Below are positions 60,876 to 64,000 of a stretch of 64,000 bases of DNA, in pieces. Position 1 is the first letter of the stretch, and each line of letters starts with the position of its first letter. The stretch is from Cyanophora paradoxa CCMP329 (taxonomy: Eukaryota; Plantae; Glaucophyta), in assembly GCA_004431415.1 (NCBI GenBank), contig QPMI01000679.1, forward strand, positions 95,197 through 159,196. The letters are read 5' to 3'. The notes under the pieces were generated by a model that saw only the letters and a program-made list of their open reading frames with translations, searched no databases and was not told the origin of the DNA. Both the position numbers and the translations under genes were made by a program.

Positions 60876-63800
60876 GAGCCTTCTCATTGCTCGGCGATCG
60901 CTTTGTGTTCGGCGCCATACCCAGCGAGTCCGACCTCTAACAAAGAGCTGCTGGGCCGGCGATCGCTTCTGGGTTCTCAGTTCTAACGGTCGCCGCGGGC
61001 TTGACGTCCACCGCCTTCTCATTGGCCAAGCGATCGCTGCTTTTCGGTGTCTTATGCCCGACTGCGCAGCATGTCGACCCAGGAGCACACTCTTTGGGAG
61101 GAAGAGATGGAGTGGACCTCCAGCTCATCTCCCAACCCCCTTCTGGCGGCCGCGCGGCGGTGGTGGCCTCGTGGGCGCCTCGGGGCGGCTCCGGCCTTGA
61201 GCTTGTTCCCGCCCCTCCCCCTCCCCCGGGCCCCCGCCCCCCCGGCCCGCCTCCCGCCCCTCCCTCCCCGGCCCGCCCTCCCCCGGGCCCCTCCCCCCGG
61301 GCCCGCCTCCCCCGGCCCGCCCCTCCCCGGCCCGCCCTCCCCCGGGCCCGCCCCTCCCCGCCGCCCCTCCCCCGGCCCCGCCCTCCCCCGGCCCGCCCCT
61401 CCCCCCGGGCCCGCCCTCCCCCGGGCCGCCCTCCCCCCGCCTCCCCGCCCCCCCCTCCCCCGGCCCCGCCCTCCCCCCGGGCCCGTCCCTCCCCCCGCCC
61501 GCCCCTCCCCCGGGCCCGCCCCCCCCCGGCCCTGTCCCTCCCCCTCCCCGGCCCGGTGCGCGGCGCGGGAGGCGGCCGGGGAGGCGGCGCGGGAGCGGCG
61601 CGGGAGCGGCGCGGGAGGCGGCACGGGAGGCGGCGCGGCGGGTGGCGCCCTGGACGGCGCAGCGGGCGGCGACGCTGGTGGCGCTGGCAGAAGGCGACAA
61701 GCACATGCACCCTTCGAGATCTGTGCGTTTCTCTGTGAAATCTGCACGCCGCCTCTTTGTCTTATCATGTTTGCAGATCTGGACCCCCAGTGCATTATGT
61801 GGGGACATCATCGTCGACCTGCCCCCTGCCAGATGCTTGCGTGCACTGCGCAACCTGTTTGTGGGCACAAAGGGAGCGTTTCGAGGCCCCAAATTTCAGA
61901 GTTGTGTTGATTGGCTTGATGAGGTGCTCTGCAGCTCAAAGAATTGATCGAATGGAATCTAAGACCAACTTATCCAGGTGACAGAAGCGGCTCGGCAAGC
62001 TCAGGCGAACGCTTGTCGGTTGCAGTTTCGAGTGAACCAGCAAAGACCGGACACGGACACTGGAGGATCTCCATGCTCTGAAGCACTTCATGAGCACTGT
62101 GCGTCCTCGATCTTCTTTAGCTTGAGATTCGCCATGAAGATACTGCATTTAGGTCGCACTCGAATCGCCAAGCCTTCAGCGCACCGGTCCCGACCCTCAT
62201 CCAGATGCTGATATAGCTGCTGGCGACAAGGAAGATACCTCAAGCTCTTCTCAACTCGATGAGCTCATTGATATGGACGTAAGCATCTATCTATCTTGGC
62301 CAGTTGAAGCACGGCACTCACTGCAGGCACAGTGTGCATTTCTGGGCCTTGGCGTGCCAGGGGCGCACGGTGAGTTTGCAGTGGATACGGACCTTCGAGC
62401 CAGGCACTACGACTGGCTAAAGGCCCGGGTGACGAGCTTCTATACCAACAAGATCTACATCGTGAGAGACGACTGCGAGAGATAGATCTGGCACGTGTCC
62501 ATGCCAGCTTGCCTCGTGCTTCTTCTGCTTACTTGCTGCCCGGTCAGGTCATCTTGTCTCTGGACTTTCAGGAGGGCAAGGATGACACAAGTACTAGCGA
62601 TGACAAACGATCATACGCTGTTGAATCGAAGATGTTCCTATCGCTCTGGATAGAGGTGTTCTTCTACGGGCGATCGAGCAATTCATCACTCGATTTCTAG
62701 TACGTCCCTTCAAATCACTGCATTCTATTTTGAAAACCGAAATGTGATGCAGCCCCTGATGATGGCGAGATCCGCTCAGCTGCTGCTGTGCTCACACAGC
62801 TTCTGGCCCTGCGGCCAGGAGACGCTGAGTTGGACCGTGAGCCTGCACGGGCACAAGGTCTTGCAAATGCTTTCATGGAGGTGCACGATGCTTTCATGCT
62901 CTGTCTTTTCGTAACATGTTCTTAATTTTATATTAGGTCACAAACGGACAGTCTGAAATCAACCTTCTGCGTATGCAAGCGACTCTCGGGCTCAGCCAGC
63001 AAGCAATGTACCTTGGCACGAAGGAAGAAATGAAGGGCCAGTTCCGCAGTCTCGTCAATCAGTGCACGCAGCACAGCAGCGACACGGGAAGGCGAATCAC
63101 TCCAGCTGTGGTATGCATCCGGGGGGGGGGGGGGCGGAGGGGGGGTAAAGTTTTTTTTCTTACCAATGGCGACGCAGGCTTCATGCATGTGTGGAGCTTG
63201 CAGCAGCAGCTGCAGAGGCCGCGTTGGTGGAAGAGTTGCCACGTGGAAAGGGCGAAGCGCAAGGCGCAGGACGATCTCGTGTCGTACCCGGAGGTGAAGA
63301 AGCTTCTTTCGGAAGTGCAACGCGTACGGAGGCAAAGGATGTCGGTCGTGGCGGCAAGATTGCAAGCGATGTGCAGGTCCTGCAGGCTGTTCGGAGAGCG
63401 CAAGGAGCTTCTTCGCCTTCTTGCAGGGCCGGCAACAGCATATCAGTCGGCATTATCTTCTCAGACCTTGTCCGCAAATCGCGTTTTCGGCGGTGGCGAC
63501 AATTGCCAACCAGCTCATATTCAAAGGCCTTGTAGATCTAGCCAAGGCATTCGACGACCGAGGAGCACACGGCAACGCAAGGCGGGCGCGAGCAGCGTGG
63601 GAGGCCGCGCGGCAAGCAGGTCAAGACCCAGGCCCGGCTCCGAACAGGCGCCAAGTCCAATGGAGGTTCGACTACCCCCCCTCCAACCCCCCTCCCCTTC
63701 GCTACGCGTACCCCCCCCCCCCCGACACGTGGAGCTGATGCGCGTACCCTGCCGTTCTCCACAGGCGTGCCACGAGGCAATGGGAAACCCTGCCGTTCTC

Positions 63801-64000
63801 CACCACGAAGCGCCGGCGAACGAGCTCTTCACCCGGCTGCGCATGAAGCCAGAGCTGGCGGTGCGTGCGAGGGTACGAAGACGACGCCACAGAAGGGGTT
63901 ACTGAACTCTAATTCCGGTCAGGAGAAATACGGTACAGGTCGCGCAGCGGAGAACAGCTTTCAGGCTCTGAAGCAAGTGGCTGCAGTGCTGGAACAGATG
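60876..64000 (+). mobile_element. Non-autonomous Harbinger cargo element, unit 6 (partial, runs off the right edge)
   Basis: Left TIR at 60876, same interior, many indels. Confidence 0.88.

Larger units (their letters stand above)
34436..64000 (+). repeat. Tandem array, period about 5.26 kb: [153-154-bp spacer + non-autonomous Harbinger cargo element], 5 full units plus a partial sixth
   Basis: Left TIRs at 34589, 39847, 45111, 50378, 55643, 60876; right TIRs end at 39692, 44956, 50223, 55488, 60721; ORF track repeats with this period. Confidence 0.97.

Noticed and set aside
53500-64000. Progressive frameshift decay of later array units
   Set aside because: Differences are almost all 1-nt indels, mostly deletions in runs, increasing toward the window end; typical of poorly polished long-read consensus rather than pseudogenisation.
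34436-64000. CRISPR-like repeat/spacer array
   Set aside because: Spacers are identical, units are kilobases long and no cas-like genes are present.

Overview
High-GC eukaryotic DNA with many short (about 50-270 nt) GT-AG and GC-AG introns. A protist or alga is inferred (the style resembles a glaucophyte, not verifiable here). Most six-frame ORFs are GC-rich noise; genes were rebuilt by eye across introns. Layout: (1) 1-7.5 kb, a head-to-head paralog pair of LRR-ankyrin genes; the complete one ends in two TIR domains, the first keeping the catalytic WCxxE glutamate. (2) 8.1-11.1 kb, an F-box/LRR gene, then tRNA-Gly(GCC) and a GC-rich minisatellite. (3) 13.4-29.2 kb, a decayed block saturated with 6-bp-periodic palindromes, tandemly duplicated with a 7512-bp period. 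(4) 29180-34435, an apparently intact PIF/Harbinger transposon (DDE transposase plus Myb/SANT-like gene, TIRs, subterminal GCGATCGC motifs); its empty site is visible in the other duplicate copy. (5) 34.4-64 kb, a ~5.26-kb tandem array (5 full units plus a partial) of a non-autonomous element with the same ends carrying a large intron-containing gene of unknown function. Top observations: a strict mutational rule XYZ -> XYZ.revcomp(XYZ).XYZ (+6 bp), read from seven indels in four local duplications; the Harbinger helper/cargo array; and the LRR-ANK-TIR-TIR pair.
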